Origin: Eledone cirrhosa
Lineage: Eukaryota
Assembly (NCBI GenBank): GCA_964016885.1
Contig: OZ024742.1
Location: 125,612,001 to 125,676,000 of the forward strand
Length of the DNA stretch: 64,000 bases
Reading direction: 5' to 3'
In this document: positions 52,110 to 64,000 of the stretch, piece by piece
Layout: each line of letters starts with the position of its first letter
Numbering within the stretch: position 1 is the first letter of the stretch
Notes under the pieces: generated by a model
What the model was told of the DNA's origin: nothing
Databases searched by the model: none
The model's input: only the letters and a program-made list of their open reading frames with translations
Position numbers and translations under genes: made by a program

Positions 52110-53279
52110 GCAATGTCGTAATTCCTCATTCAATGACAATACACACAGATCCTAATTCCTTAGTCATGTAGTTTGCAAGGAATTCTGAAACCGCAAATGT
52201 ACTGCATGGCGTTACTTTGGAAGAATATGCAGGCATTCCCGGGTACCTCTGTTATATAAAGTAGTATAAATGAGGACTTTGTTGGGTAGAAATAGCAGCC
52301 AAATTTCCTTCAAATCCCACCTTACTTTCTCAGGCATGTATATATGTATGAAGCAAAAAGGAATGGTTCTATGTGATAACTCGATCTACTAGAAATATTA
52401 GCAAAATCCATTTCAAATCACAAACAACTGTCTTACACACATACGTGTGTGTGTATGTATCTATGTATGTCATGTGAGCCACTATAACTGTTGGTATAGC
52501 TAATAGAAATAGAAAACAAATCTTCCTCAAACAAGATCCTACTGCCATAGAGGCAAAGTTTGGTGAAAGCTACAGTGTACAAATTTAAATACACTTTCCC
52601 CGAATTACAGAAATGAGTACGTAAATGCTTCACTCAATCATAAACCAATGCTAAATTTATGTTATTATTTTATTTGTTTTTTAAAATAGTCTTTACATAT
52701 TGTTTGAATATCAGAGGTTCAGATTGAGCAAAAAAAAAAAAAAATGAAAGAAAATGATAAATAAAAAAAATTTAAATGTTTTTTTTTTGGTCATGACCTG
52801 ACAACATACCTAATGATTCATCTATGAGTAAAGCATTATATATGCTTACTGTAATAGGGAGCAGTATTCAAAAAATCACCACTGGAAAAAACTAATAGGT
52901 TTATCGAGATGATCTACTTTGACCAAACAGCAATACATATTCTGCTATAATTCCTACTTTGGTCAAAATTCAGCAATCCTATTTGAATGGTCACATATTT
53001 TGTAACGTGTGCCAAATATATTGTAACTTTCATAAAATACCCGGGTATCAGCGGGTAGCTCAGCTAGTTTTATATATATATATATATATATATGTCAATC
53101 TATTTCTAGTTGATATGAAATGCTCGGATCTATTCATTGGAATCTTTGAGCTTATTCTACAGTGGATATGGCGCATGTCTCTCAGATATGACAACCCTTA
53201 ATTTAATTTGGATATATATATATATATATTTATAATAATAATAATAATAATAAAATGTGGAGAGGAAGCACACGAGTTA

Positions 53280-53321
<42 letters not shown>

Positions 53322-53327
<6 letters not shown>

Positions 53328-54746
53328 AGAGGGAGAAAGAGACGATTATTAGGAAGAAAAAAATATTTTTTCCTTTTTTATTTCTCTCTCTCTTTTTTCT
53401 GGGGTAGAAAATGATTAAAACGAAATGATTTACTTTGTGTGAAGTGTTAAGGTATTAGTTGATTTATTTATTATTTAACAATGGCATTTATTTATCTATT
53501 TATATATTTAATAATTGTCTATTACCGGTTTCAGCATTTTTATGCATTATCAAATGATACTGATATGTATTAGTGTGGTGGCGCACATGTTAAAGAGAAG
53601 GTACAGAGAGAATAATGTTATTTACAAACAAGGTTTATGAAGTGAAAAGAAAAAAGAAAAGAGAAAAAAACGGGCGTAATGTAGAGCATAAAAAGTCAAT
53701 GTGAAAGAAAAAAATAATGTTATTTAAAGTTAAGCAGATCAAAATATGTTAATATAGCAAGAGTGCTTAGTTGATCCATGATTCCATGGTGGAGGCAAAT
53801 AGTGGACTGAGGTTTGATATGATTTCACTTTTTAGAGAGTTAAAATGCAGGGAAGCAATTCTTGCTGGATGATATTTAATTTATTTAAGAAAAAGGATTA
53901 GGTAGGGTGTGAGGGAGGTAACTCTTGTAAATGTTTGATTGTTTGTTGCAGTTTTAGTTAGGTCTGATTTTTAGTGTATTTAGTAGAGGTTGGAATTTGT
54001 TAATGAAATATGTTTCCTTATTGGTACGATGGATGAAAGTAGCGTTGTCTATGAATTTGTAAATAGGGAAAATTCAAGAACTATGCCTGTAAATAACATT
54101 ATTCTTTCACATTGACTTTTTATGCTTACATTACGACCGTTTCTTTTTTCTTTTTTCTTTTTTCTTTTTTCTTTTTTCTTTTTTCTTTTTTCTTTTTTCT
54201 TTTCTTTTTTCTTTTTTCTTTTTTCTTTTTTCTTTTTTCTTTTTTTCTTTTTTTCTTTTTTCCTTTTTCTTTTTTCTTTTTTCTTTTTTCTTTTTTCTTT
54301 TTTCTTTTTTCTTTTTTCTTTTTCCTTTTTTTCTTTTTTCTTTTTTCTTTTCTCTTTCTTTTTTTCTTTTTTCTTTTTTCTTTTTTCTTTTTTCTTTTTT
54401 CTTTTTTCTTTTTTTTTCTTTTTTCTTTTCACTTCATAAACCTTGTTTGTAAATAACATTATTCTTTCTGAACCTTCTCTTTAACATGTGCGACACCACA
54501 CTAATACATATCAGTATCATTTGATAATGCATAAAAATGCTGAAACCGGTAATAGACAATTATTAAATATATAAATAGATAAATAAATGCCATTGTTAAA
54601 TAATAAATAAATCAACTAATACCTTAACACTACACACAAAGTAAAACATTTCGTTTTAATCATTTTCTAACCCAAAAAAAAGAGAGAGAGAAATAAAAAA
54701 GAAAAAAATATTTTTTTCTTCCTAATAATCGTCTCTTTCTCTCTAT

Positions 54747-54752
<6 letters not shown>
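53322..54752 (-). mobile_element. Penelope-like element 3' end with inverted pLTR
   Basis: ~53322-53725 is inverted at ~54089-54752. Between them the minus strand reads IFPIYKFIDNATFIHRTNKETYFINKFQPLLN*, resembling a PLE GIY-YIG C-terminus. (TA)n on both sides. Confidence 0.72.
54514..54557 (+). ncRNA. Hammerhead-like motif with TTGATAA (U3-A8) core (mirror copy at 53517-53560, minus)
   Basis: gtatcAT-TTGATAA-T GCAT aaaa ATGC T-GAAA-C cg G-TA-ATagac. Palindromic ACCGGT helix III. Helix I is weak or bulged. Confidence 0.55.
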
Positions 54753-54814
<62 letters not shown>

Positions 54815-54917
54815 TCCTCTTCTTATCCAATGTTTCTTACGTTTTCCCCTATTTCAATTTCGGTGTGTCTGCGATGCGAAGAACAGAATACCTCAAATCA
54901 GTAATCGATACATGATA

Positions 54918-55004
<87 letters not shown>

Positions 55005-55659
55005 TCTTTTACCTGTACCAGCCATTCGGCTGAGGCCATGTGTATGCATGTATGTGTATGTGTGTCTGCCTGTGTGACCATATAAACTTCATCTTCTACA
55101 AAATGTCATTTTTCCTTCGTGTTATTTATAACTATAAAAGTAATTGTCCACCCTGTATTTAACCTTGATGTCTGAAGTAAACTAAAGAGCTAACGACAAA
55201 TTGTTCACAGTTCTTCCTTTTGAGTAATCCCTTTAAATCTAACCTATTCCAGTTAATAGAATTAATACACCATTTATTTTACCACCACCATCTTAGCCAT
55301 TGTGAAGTCTACTTTATTATATCTTAGTTTTTCAGTTGTTGCTTTTTTAATCTTCTTATTTGAGTGTCACGTACTTATGAATGTGTATTTTTGAATACTT
55401 GTAGATACCTTTAAAGCATGATGTTTTTGGATACTTTTATTTTTCTAAATCATTCGCATATCTAAATCAAATATATATCATGATTTCACCATAATTTCAC
55501 TATCTTGGCAATTGGTATGGTCCTGTAACTCATGATGGAGTCGTAGGAGCGCTTATTACGCCCTTTTTTTGTATTTTAAGCAGGTTTATTCCAGAGAGTG
55601 ATAGATAGTGAGAAACAGAAAAAGTAAGAATGAGATATAAGAGGAAGAATCGAACCCCT

Positions 55660-55838
55660 GAGAGGCAGATTTGTTAAAACGTCGGATAGAATGCTTTACG
55701 GTATTCGTTTCGGCTCCCTGCTCTCAGAGTTCTAATCCCGCCAAAGTCGATAAAAGTACCAGAGAGCAGAGAGCCGAAACGAATATCGTAAAGCATTCTA
55801 TCCGACGTTTTAACAACTCTGTCAATTCGCTGCCTCTC
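55660..55838. mobile_element. Two SINE heads in inverted orientation
   Basis: ttgttaaaacgtcggatagaatgctttacg.tattcgtttcggctc.ctgctctc (55671-55726) is mirrored at ~55762-55816. Confidence 0.7.
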
Positions 55839-56359
55839 ACTGCCTTTTACAAATAAGAAATTATATTAAGTGAATGTTAAAGACGGACAATACGTGTTAG
55901 CAGATGTTTCTTTTAATATCTAGATATTTTGTTTAACACCTGATCAGGCTTGATTGAGAAAATCTTTTGTGAAACCCTTACTCGTCGTGACCATATAGTT
56001 TACTATACTCAGGAATATATAGGTTAACGTGTCCTTCTTTTAATATCTGAGAAGCAGTTTCTAATACATATATATCGCACGACTACGTAAATATGTTCTC
56101 ATTAGCTCGTAGCATTACATATATCTATTACTGTTAGCTTTCGTCTAAGTTACTCTATCTCAGATTATTTATTACTCAATGAAACAGTGGAGTTCGAGGA
56201 ATGTTTTTTTTTATTTCTGTAATTCTTAATGGAGTCGTAAAGATAATGTTTCTTGAGCATGTTGAGCCTGGTGGAGCCCATTCCCTCTGAACACAGCATA
56301 TTTCTTCGAGATACGGATAGACAATGAGAGGTAGTGAGGAAGATAAATAGAAGAATAGA

Positions 56360-56508
56360 GCCCAAATATTTGACTGGTACTTCTTTTATCGACCTCGAAA
56401 GGATGAAAGGCAAAGTTGACCTCGGTGGGATTCGAACTCAGAAAGCAGAAAGCCAGAACGAATACCGCAAAGGTATCTGAGGTTCTAACGATTCTGCCAA
56501 TTCGGCAC
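56360..56508 (-). mobile_element. tRNA-SINE
   Basis: gactggtactt..ttttatcgacc.cgaaaggatgaaaggcaaagttgacctcgg..ttcgaactcagaa...ctaacgattctgccaattcg. Confidence 0.8.
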
Positions 56509-56650
56509 TTTTCGTGGAAATAGATATACTTAACGTTCAAAGTGAGGATTGCAGTATTTCACTTTGAGAAATTAATGGTATACGTCTGTTTGTTGTTGTT
56601 TTTTACTGTTACCATTTCCTCACATATTTTTCATATCTCTCACACACACA

Positions 56651-56751
<101 letters not shown>

Positions 56752-56752
56752 T

Positions 56753-57345
56753 TCTACAGATCCTACAGAGCGGGCTGGCTTCCTCCTTGTCAATCTGGTG
56801 TTTCATCCACTTCGTTCTAAGGACTTGCTCCTGTGCAGACAGTAGCATTTTCTTTGTGGCTTTCTTAAGGACTCCTTTCTTCAACCAGTTTCATGTCTGC
56901 AGATCTCAGAATTCTCTTTTCTTTAAAAAGATGCTATGAAGGCCATTTTATTCATGTTGTTCTTCCTCTCGGTTGTTACTTCTTTCCTGGACACCCTCTG
57001 GTCTATTGTCTCCTTGTCAACCATTGCGGTACTTCACCCGACACCAAGCAGTCATTGAACATGGCCGTCAGTATCGGGTGGATGGAGAGACGTTATATTT
57101 TTACTCCATTATCCTCATACACCATTCCGGCCTGGTGATTTCCAGTCGGTCAAAATTGTTGCCTGCTTTTAAGGGTTCCAACCGAGATACTCAAATCTGC
57201 CCGACTATTATGCTCAACATTCTGGTCGCATATCTCTCTCCAAAATGTGTTGGTCAGTTCAGTTTTCCGTTCAAGCTGTTCAAATAACATCTTCTGGTTG
57301 ATGTCGAACATGCAGTTTTGTGTATACTGGCTAACTCTGTTCTCA
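56753..57345 (-). mobile_element. Internally deleted R4/Dong-like LINE fragment
   Basis: Minus-strand QYTQNCMFDINQKMLFEQL, DWKSPGRNGV*G*W..ITSLH, FNDCLVSGEVPQWLT and KKGVLKKATKKMLLSAQEQVLRT..IDKEEASPLCRIC. Confidence 0.7.
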
Positions 57346-57370
57346 ATCTTTTTTTTTTATTATTATTATT

Positions 57371-57637
57371 TTTCACTTGAAGAAGAAAATCAGGGTGGAG
57401 AGGCAAGTGCTGCCTTCTAGCAAGTTTGTTGAAAGGTGGGGGAATGTAGCGAGAATGGACAGAGTGAACGGGACCGCTGTGAATATACGCCTGTAGTTTG
57501 AGAAATGGAAAAATTGAGAGAGGGCGGTTGCCCTGGTTGTCAGGGTGGCCGTGGTCTTTTATGTGGCTTTCGCCACCCTCTGAGGTTTCCTCCCTAATGG
57601 GGAATTTTCCATTGTTTCAATTTTCATTTTTATTGTT

Positions 57638-57680
<43 letters not shown>

Positions 57681-58279
57681 TTCTATGTCTTTTTCTTTTT
57701 CTTTTCTTATATAAATAATAAAAATCTTTACATTCACAAAACCCACATCGTACCGTCCTGTACCGTCCTTTCTCGTCTGTAATGTTTTTCTTGATGTCAG
57801 CCCTTGTGGCCAATAAAGAAATCATTATTATTATTATGTCGAACACGTGCTGTCGCGTGTAGAACGGATCCGACTATCAGCTGAGTCCATCGTGAGGCCC
57901 TGATTACCTTTTTTAAATTTCATTTGAAAAGAAAATCAGGATTGAGAGGGAAGTGCTCTCTTCCCAGCCTTTTGTTGAAAGATGGGTGAGAGAGGCAAGA
58001 ATGGCCCGAGTGAATAGACCTACTCTGAGTATATGCCTGTAAATTGGAGGTGGAAAACTGGGAGAGGACACTTGCCCTGGTTGTCAGGGTCACGGTGGCT
58101 TTTTTTTTAATGGGCTTTCGAAAGTCTCCCCCTATTAGGGAATTTTTCGTTGTTCTTTTATTACATCCTCTGTTTGGGGGGGGGGTTACACGCAGAAATG
58201 CCCATTTGTACCGTCCTGTATTGTCCTGTACTGTCTTTAATGTCTACGTTGTGTAAACCCTTGTGGTTAATAAAGAAAG

Positions 58280-58280
<1 letters not shown>
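57371..58280 (+). mobile_element. Two successive Tx1 3' fragments separated by (ATT)n
   Basis: ~57371-57823 ends cccttgtggccaataaagaaatc(att)n. ~57837-58280 matches 13299-13885 of element A with an internal deletion. Confidence 0.85.
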
Positions 58281-58318
<38 letters not shown>

Positions 58319-58319
<1 letters not shown>

Positions 58320-61300
58320 GAATGCTATGGTTGACGGAGGCTCGGCTCTGTAAGGTATTGTAAATTTTGACCGCTATAACAATTGTAAATTGTTTAAAAC
58401 TTTAACCAACTTGTAGACAAAAACACCCTCCTCTTCGTGAGAGGGGTCTTTCTGCCCGTTATTTGGCCCTTCGGGGTTAAATAACCGCCTATTGGGGTTT
58501 TGTGCCCAATATTTATTTTAAACAAAAAAACAACATGGCTACGAAAAAGAATTTTCATAGGTCACTCCCACTCATTCCGTCTTCTTCTTCCTCAATCGTC
58601 ACTACAGCAGAGAGAATATTGTCTCTCTCCCTCCCTTCTCTAAATGTGTCTCTCTCCCTCCCTTCTCTTTCGCAAGCGACGCCAGAAAAGAAAAATCACG
58701 TGCAAAGCGAGCAAGATTTCTCCACGACGACGACGACAACGACGAAAATGGTGTACGGGAAATACGAAAACCCATTTCATTCGTCTGACGTCAGGAATAA
58801 TAGCAGTAGCAGCCGTAATAACAGCAGCAACAGTGACAAGGAAAACAACAGTAGCAGCCGCAACAGCATCAGCAGCAGCATAAACAACAACAGCATTAGC
58901 AGCAACAACAACAGCAGCAGCAGCAACAACAACAACAACCACAGCAACAGCGACAGTAGTCGTAGTACCTGCAGCAACAACAAAAGTAACAGCAGCTCTG
59001 ACGACAACAACAACAACAGCAGCAAAGAAAAACCAATCTCGTTTGCAGGTATCGCAAAGAACCTGGAAACCATCCTCATAACAGATGAGGAATTAGAGGA
59101 AGCGAAGAAGATGGTGACAAAAACAGGACACCGAGCAATCTGCAAGGCAGCGGAAACATTTTTCGAAACCCAACAGCGCTGTACGGTCACGTACCGTACA
59201 GTAAGTACAAAATCCCGTAGGGTTGAAAGAGCCACAGAGGCTCAAATACAAAAAGCCTTGGGGTCTGTGTGGCAGCGGAAAACGCACATCACCCGAGGCA
59301 AGAAATATGCCACCGTAGACGTACTTTTTGCCACACCCCAGGAGGCAAAGGCTCAATCCTTAGTGACCCTAAGGAGCGAGGAAATGGCGTTGGTGCCCTC
59401 CTACTGCGGGCAAAAAATTGTGAGGGTCAAAGTGACCCACGTAGTCGTCGTCGTGCCCCCCCCCGGATGGCCCCTTCTTGGCTGGCCGCGTCTATCCTCG
59501 TCGGAATCGAGGACAAAACAACTGTACTGCAAGTACAGAAAAAAGTAAGAGAAGATTGGGTCGGCACCTCTATTGAGATGTTAATCCAAACCAACCAGGA
59601 GTGCATCGAAGCTATCCCAGATGTGATAGACTTCGATAACGGCACTCAACTGCACATAAGTGTTGAGGGCAAACGCCCGAAATGGTTTCGCTGTGGATCG
59701 AAGACTCATCTCAGGACCTTCTGCAACGAGAAGACCCTGAGAAAGGAGAAAACCCCCCTCCTTCCGAAACCGGCTCCACGGCTACCAGCAACAGGACAAG
59801 CGGCAACCAGGAACGATAGGTCCGTGGCACCCATACCCACGCCACGGAAATCAAAAACAGCAGCAGCAGTGGAAGTATTAACAACAACAACAGCAATACC
59901 AAATGCAGCTGCAACAGAGACTCCAGTGCAAACATCACCAACAACAACAAGTGAAAGAGTGGAGCTGGTACCCCTCCCCGACCTCACAGAATCAGACATG
60001 GAGTGTGAGGTGGGAGAGGGATGGCAAAAGGTCATAAGAAGGCACAAACGCAGAAGCAGCGCATCGTCGCCTTTGAAAAGGGAGAAAAGAAATGAAAAAA
60101 GGGTAAAGGCTACTGCAAAGAGACTCACAGCAGAAACACCACCAACACCATCACCACCCACACTAGCACCACCATCACCACCGGGGACAACCCCACCGCC
60201 AACAACACCTTCAACACCACCACCACAAGCACCAACATCGCAAACACAACAACAAAACACACACACCCAGCAACAACGACAAGAAAATAGCAGAACCACA
60301 CCCCACCTTCAGAAAACCAAATACACGGCAATAAATATACACAACAAGAAACTAATGACTTACATAATTGAACACACAGACATTTCACAACAGGACTACA
60401 TAATACCAGCACCAATAAAAACGCCAACTAACATAAGACTGCTAAAAATAGCACAGAAACAATACACAAACATTAAAACGAAATTCCCCAACGCAGTTGG
60501 TGATTTCAGAGACCTAGCAGGGACACTCAACCGAAGAGCATATTCGGACATACTCATAGAAGAGCCGACGACCAGCCGAAGGGACGATTCAACGGTTCCT
60601 TCACCAGACGATCAAGTGAAAAGGGATGGAAAAAACCATCCCTATTCTACGAAAAGTACGGTAAGTGGTCTTTCCCATCTTTTCCACTCTCTTTTAAACA
60701 TGATGTCACTCAGAATAGGCAGCATAAAGGCTAGTGGCCGCCTATGCCCCGACAGGAGCAGGGCGGCCTGATTTCTTCCGGCGTCTGGAGACCTTTCTTG
60801 GAACGTCCCGCTCTTTAGTGTTAGTGGGCGACTGGAACGGGATCTTAGATGCACGCTGGGACTGTGTGGGATTAGCGGATAGGCGTGGAGGGTGCAAGAG
60901 CCTCACCAACCTGCTCAGGCGTTGTGAACTGTCTGACAGGTACCGATTGGATTTCCCGAATGTGCCAATGTGGACTTGGACAAATCTCATCAGGTCATCC
61001 AGATCATATCTAGATAGAGTATTTTGTAGGGAAATAGATAGGTCTAGCATAGGCTGTCCACAATTCAAGATAGTCAGCTACACGGACCACAAATTCGTGA
61101 TCTGTGTGCTTGACTTAGATAGGCTTCATAGACGAGGACCCGGCTACTGGAAGCCAAACGCGTCCTTACCAGCGCGCAAGGCCTACAGAGACCGAATTAG
61201 CGAACTAGTTAAGCGGGCGTTGACGGGGGCCATCGTCAACAACAAGTGGTGGTTTGCTCTGAAAAGAGCGATTAGGATAGAATCGATTAGGTTAAGTAAG

Positions 61301-61868
61301 GCCTTAGCAATAGAGAAAAATATAGCAGAGAGAGAACTAGTTAGAAAATTAGACGAGGCGCTTAGCAAAGGCATTGCGACCGACGTGCTTGCGGCGAAAT
61401 TGGCCCTTGACCAATTCTTCAATGCAAAGCACGAAGGCTGCGTTGTCAGTGCTCAGACACGAGGGGACAAAAGCCGTTCAATGGGCCCGTGTGGCAGAGG
61501 CGCGTCGTGGCAACAAAGCCACGATCCGGTCTTTGGTGTACCACGACGGGTGCATGCTACTCGATCCCGGGCAAATGTGTGAAGCTTTTCAGCGACACTT
61601 CGCTCAGCTGTTCGGGGGCAGCGTTGGGGCGGGTCGAGGGATGGTCTTTAGTGTCTACCTCGACGGACTGCCGCGGCTCTCGGCCACTGAGGCGGAGTGT
61701 TGCGAAAAGCCGATAACAGCCGCTGAAGTAAGGGAGGCAATGACTGGCTGCACAAGGGGTAAATCGCCTGGATTGGATGGTCTTCCCCATGAACTTTACG
61801 TACAGATGCCAGACTTGTTCGGAGGCCTCTTGACGGACGTCTACTGCAACTGGCAACAGAACGGGAGA
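58319..61868 (+). mobile_element. Tx1 element B: 5'UTR + ORF1 + ORF2 5' half (290-bp deletion at 60728)
   Basis: Starts right after (ATT)n. ORF2 is near-identical to element A. Ends at the GGGAGA junction. Confidence 0.88.
58535..60720 (+). pseudogene. Tx1 ORF1 (gag-like) with Ser/Asn-rich insert, frameshifted
   Basis: ISFAGIAK..EELEEAKKMV..QQRCTVTYRT..PSYCGQKIVRVKVTHV, and knuckle WFRCGSKTHLRTFC (first Cys>Trp). Homologous to 8393-10300. Confidence 0.8.
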
Positions 61869-64000
61869 GGGATGGCAAAAGGTCGCAAGAAGGCACAAAC
61901 GCAGAAGCAGCGCATCGCCGCCTTCGAAAAGGGAAGAAAGAAATGAAAAAAGGGTAAAGATTACTGCAAAGAGACTTACAGCAACAACACCACCAACACC
62001 ATCACCACCCACACTAGCACCACCATCACCACCGCCGGCAACCCCACCGCAAACAACAAGAACATCTTCAACACCACCACCACAAGCACCAACATCGCAA
62101 ACACAACAACAAAACACACACACCCAGCAACAACGACAAGAAAATAGCAGAACCACACCCCACCCCCAGAAAAACAAATGCACAGCAATAAATACACATA
62201 ACAAGAAACTAACGACTTACATAATTTAACACACAGACATTTAACAGCACGACTACATAATACCAGCACCAATCAAAACACCAACGAACATAAGACTGGT
62301 AAGAATAGCACAGTAACAATACACAAACATTAAAACGAAATTCCCCAACGCAGTTGGTGATTTCAGAGACCTAGGAGGGACACTCAACATGAGAGTATAT
62401 TTGGACATACTCACAGAAGAGCCGACGACCAGCCGAAGGGATGATTCAACGGTCCCTTCACCATACGATCACGTGAAAAGGGATGGAGAAACCATCCTTC
62501 CTCTACGAGAAGTAAGGTAAGTGGTCTTTCCCATCTTTTCCACTCCATTTCAACATGACCTCACTCAGAATAGGCAGCATAAATGCGCGTGGCTTGGGGT
62601 CGTCATGGAAGCAGGGCCACCTGCTCAACAACCTCAGGTCACTAAACATAGATGTAGTGGCCATCAGCGAGACCAGAATCTCCGAAGCACGGGCCTTCGC
62701 ACCGATCTTCGGCGGCTACGATGTGTACGCATCTCCCAGCCGTCCGGGATCGGGGGGAGGAGTTGCTGTGCTTTTTCGGAGAGGTTTGGATCTCGCCATA
62801 CGTGCCATCTTCTTGGACCCAGAAGGTAAGTTGGTAGTGCTGGACGTGACCAGCGGAGACGGGCAAGCTTTCAGGCTAGTGGCCGTCTATTCCCCGACAG
62901 GAGCATGGCGGTCTGATTCCTTCCGGCGTCTGGAGACCTTTCTAGGAACGTCCCGCACTTTAGTGTTAGTGGGCGACTGGAAAGGGATCTTAGATGCACG
63001 CTGGGACTGTGTGGGATTAGCGGATAGGCGAGGAGGGTGCAAGAGCCTCACCAACCTGCTCAGGAATATTGAACTGTCTGACAGGTACCGATTGGATTTC
63101 CCGAATGTGCCAATGTGGACTTGGACAAATCGCATAGGGTCATCCAGATCATATCTAGATAGAGTATTTTGTAGGGAAATAGATAGGTCTAGCATAGGCT
63201 GTCCACAATTCAAGATAGTCAGCTACACGGACCACAAATTCGTGATCTGTGTGCTTGACTTAGATAGGCTTCATAGACGAGGACCCGGCTACTGGAAGCT
63301 AAACGCGTCCTTACCAGCGCGCAAGGCCTACAGAGACCGGATTAGCGAACTAGTTAAGCGGGCGTTGACGGGGGCCATCGTCAACAACAAGTGGTGGTTT
63401 GCTCTGAAAGGAGCGATTAGAATAGAGTCCATTAGGTTTAGTAAGGCTTTAGCAATACATAAAAATAGAGCAGAGGGAGAACTAGTTAGAAAATTAGACG
63501 AGGCGCTTAGCAAAGGCATCGCGACCGACGTACTTGCGGCGAAATTGACCCTTGACCAATTGTTCAATGCAAAGCACGAAGGTTGCGTTGTCAGAGCTAG
63601 GGTGCGTGCTCTCAGACACAAGGGGATGAAAGCCGTTCAATGGGCCTGAGTGGTGGAGGCGCGTCGTGGCAACAAAGCCACGATCCGGTCTTTGGTGTAC
63701 CACGACGGGCGCATGCTACTCGATCCCGGGCAAACGTGTGAAGCGACAGTTCGCCCAACTGTTCGGGAGCAGCGTCGGGCCGAATCGAGGAATGGACTTT
63801 AATGTCTACCTCGACGGACTGCCGCGGCTCTCGGGCACTGAGGCGGAGTGTTGCGAAAAGCCGATAACAGCCGTTGAAGTACGGGAGGCAATGATTGGCT
63901 GCACAATGGGTAAATCGCCTGGTTTGGATTGTCTGCCCTATGAACTTTACGTACAGATGCCAGACTTTTTCGGAGGCTTCTTGGCGGACGTCTACTGCAA
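61863..64000 (+). mobile_element. Tx1 element C: ORF1 tail + ORF2 5' part, continuing past window end
   Basis: Similar to 60012-61850 but retains the segment deleted in B. Confidence 0.88.
62555..64000 (+). pseudogene. Tx1 ORF2 AP-endonuclease domain and linker (premature stop at 63647-63649)
   Basis: SINARGL, ISET, VAVYSP, GDWK, YLDRVF, TDHK, GPGYWKLN. Confidence 0.9.

Larger units (their letters stand above)
46453..53067 (+). mobile_element. Near-full-length Helitron
   Basis: A|TC 5' end (tctagctatatata..aaatgcaag). 3' hairpin tacccg ggtatcag cgggta followed by gctcagCTAG|T. Contains a RepHel pseudogene and a GA-rich 5' region. Confidence 0.9.

Noticed and set aside
54049-54459. Lys-rich and Phe-rich ORFs
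   Set aside because: They are translations of the (TTTTTC)n tract.

Overview
This is AT-rich eukaryotic DNA made almost entirely of repeats. The tRNA-SINE family and the long (TA)n/(TG)n/(GA)n tracts suggest an octopod cephalopod (inference). I could not identify a host protein-coding gene, and most ORFs in the track are microsatellite artefacts. The real coding remnants are all transposon-derived: Tx1-clade L1-like LINEs piled head-to-tail in (ATT)n tracts (8.2-15 kb and 57.4-64 kb), a near-full-length frameshifted Helitron (46453-53067) plus two non-autonomous Helitrons, four Penelope-like element (PLE) remnants, and R4-, RTE- and CRE-like LINE fragments. About 15 tRNA-derived SINE copies are also present. 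The main hidden signal is non-coding. At least nine unrelated short elements, mostly next to (TA)n tracts, carry type I hammerhead ribozyme motifs that I folded by eye. Several have palindromic minimal helix III, two have a compensatory U3-A8 core, and most are present as fold-back inverted structures. Two ORF-less elements (19.9-20.4 kb and 44.8-45.4 kb) are 'monomer plus a bit' repeats, as expected for retrozyme-like circular-RNA retrocopies. Boundaries were read by eye and may be off by a few bases.
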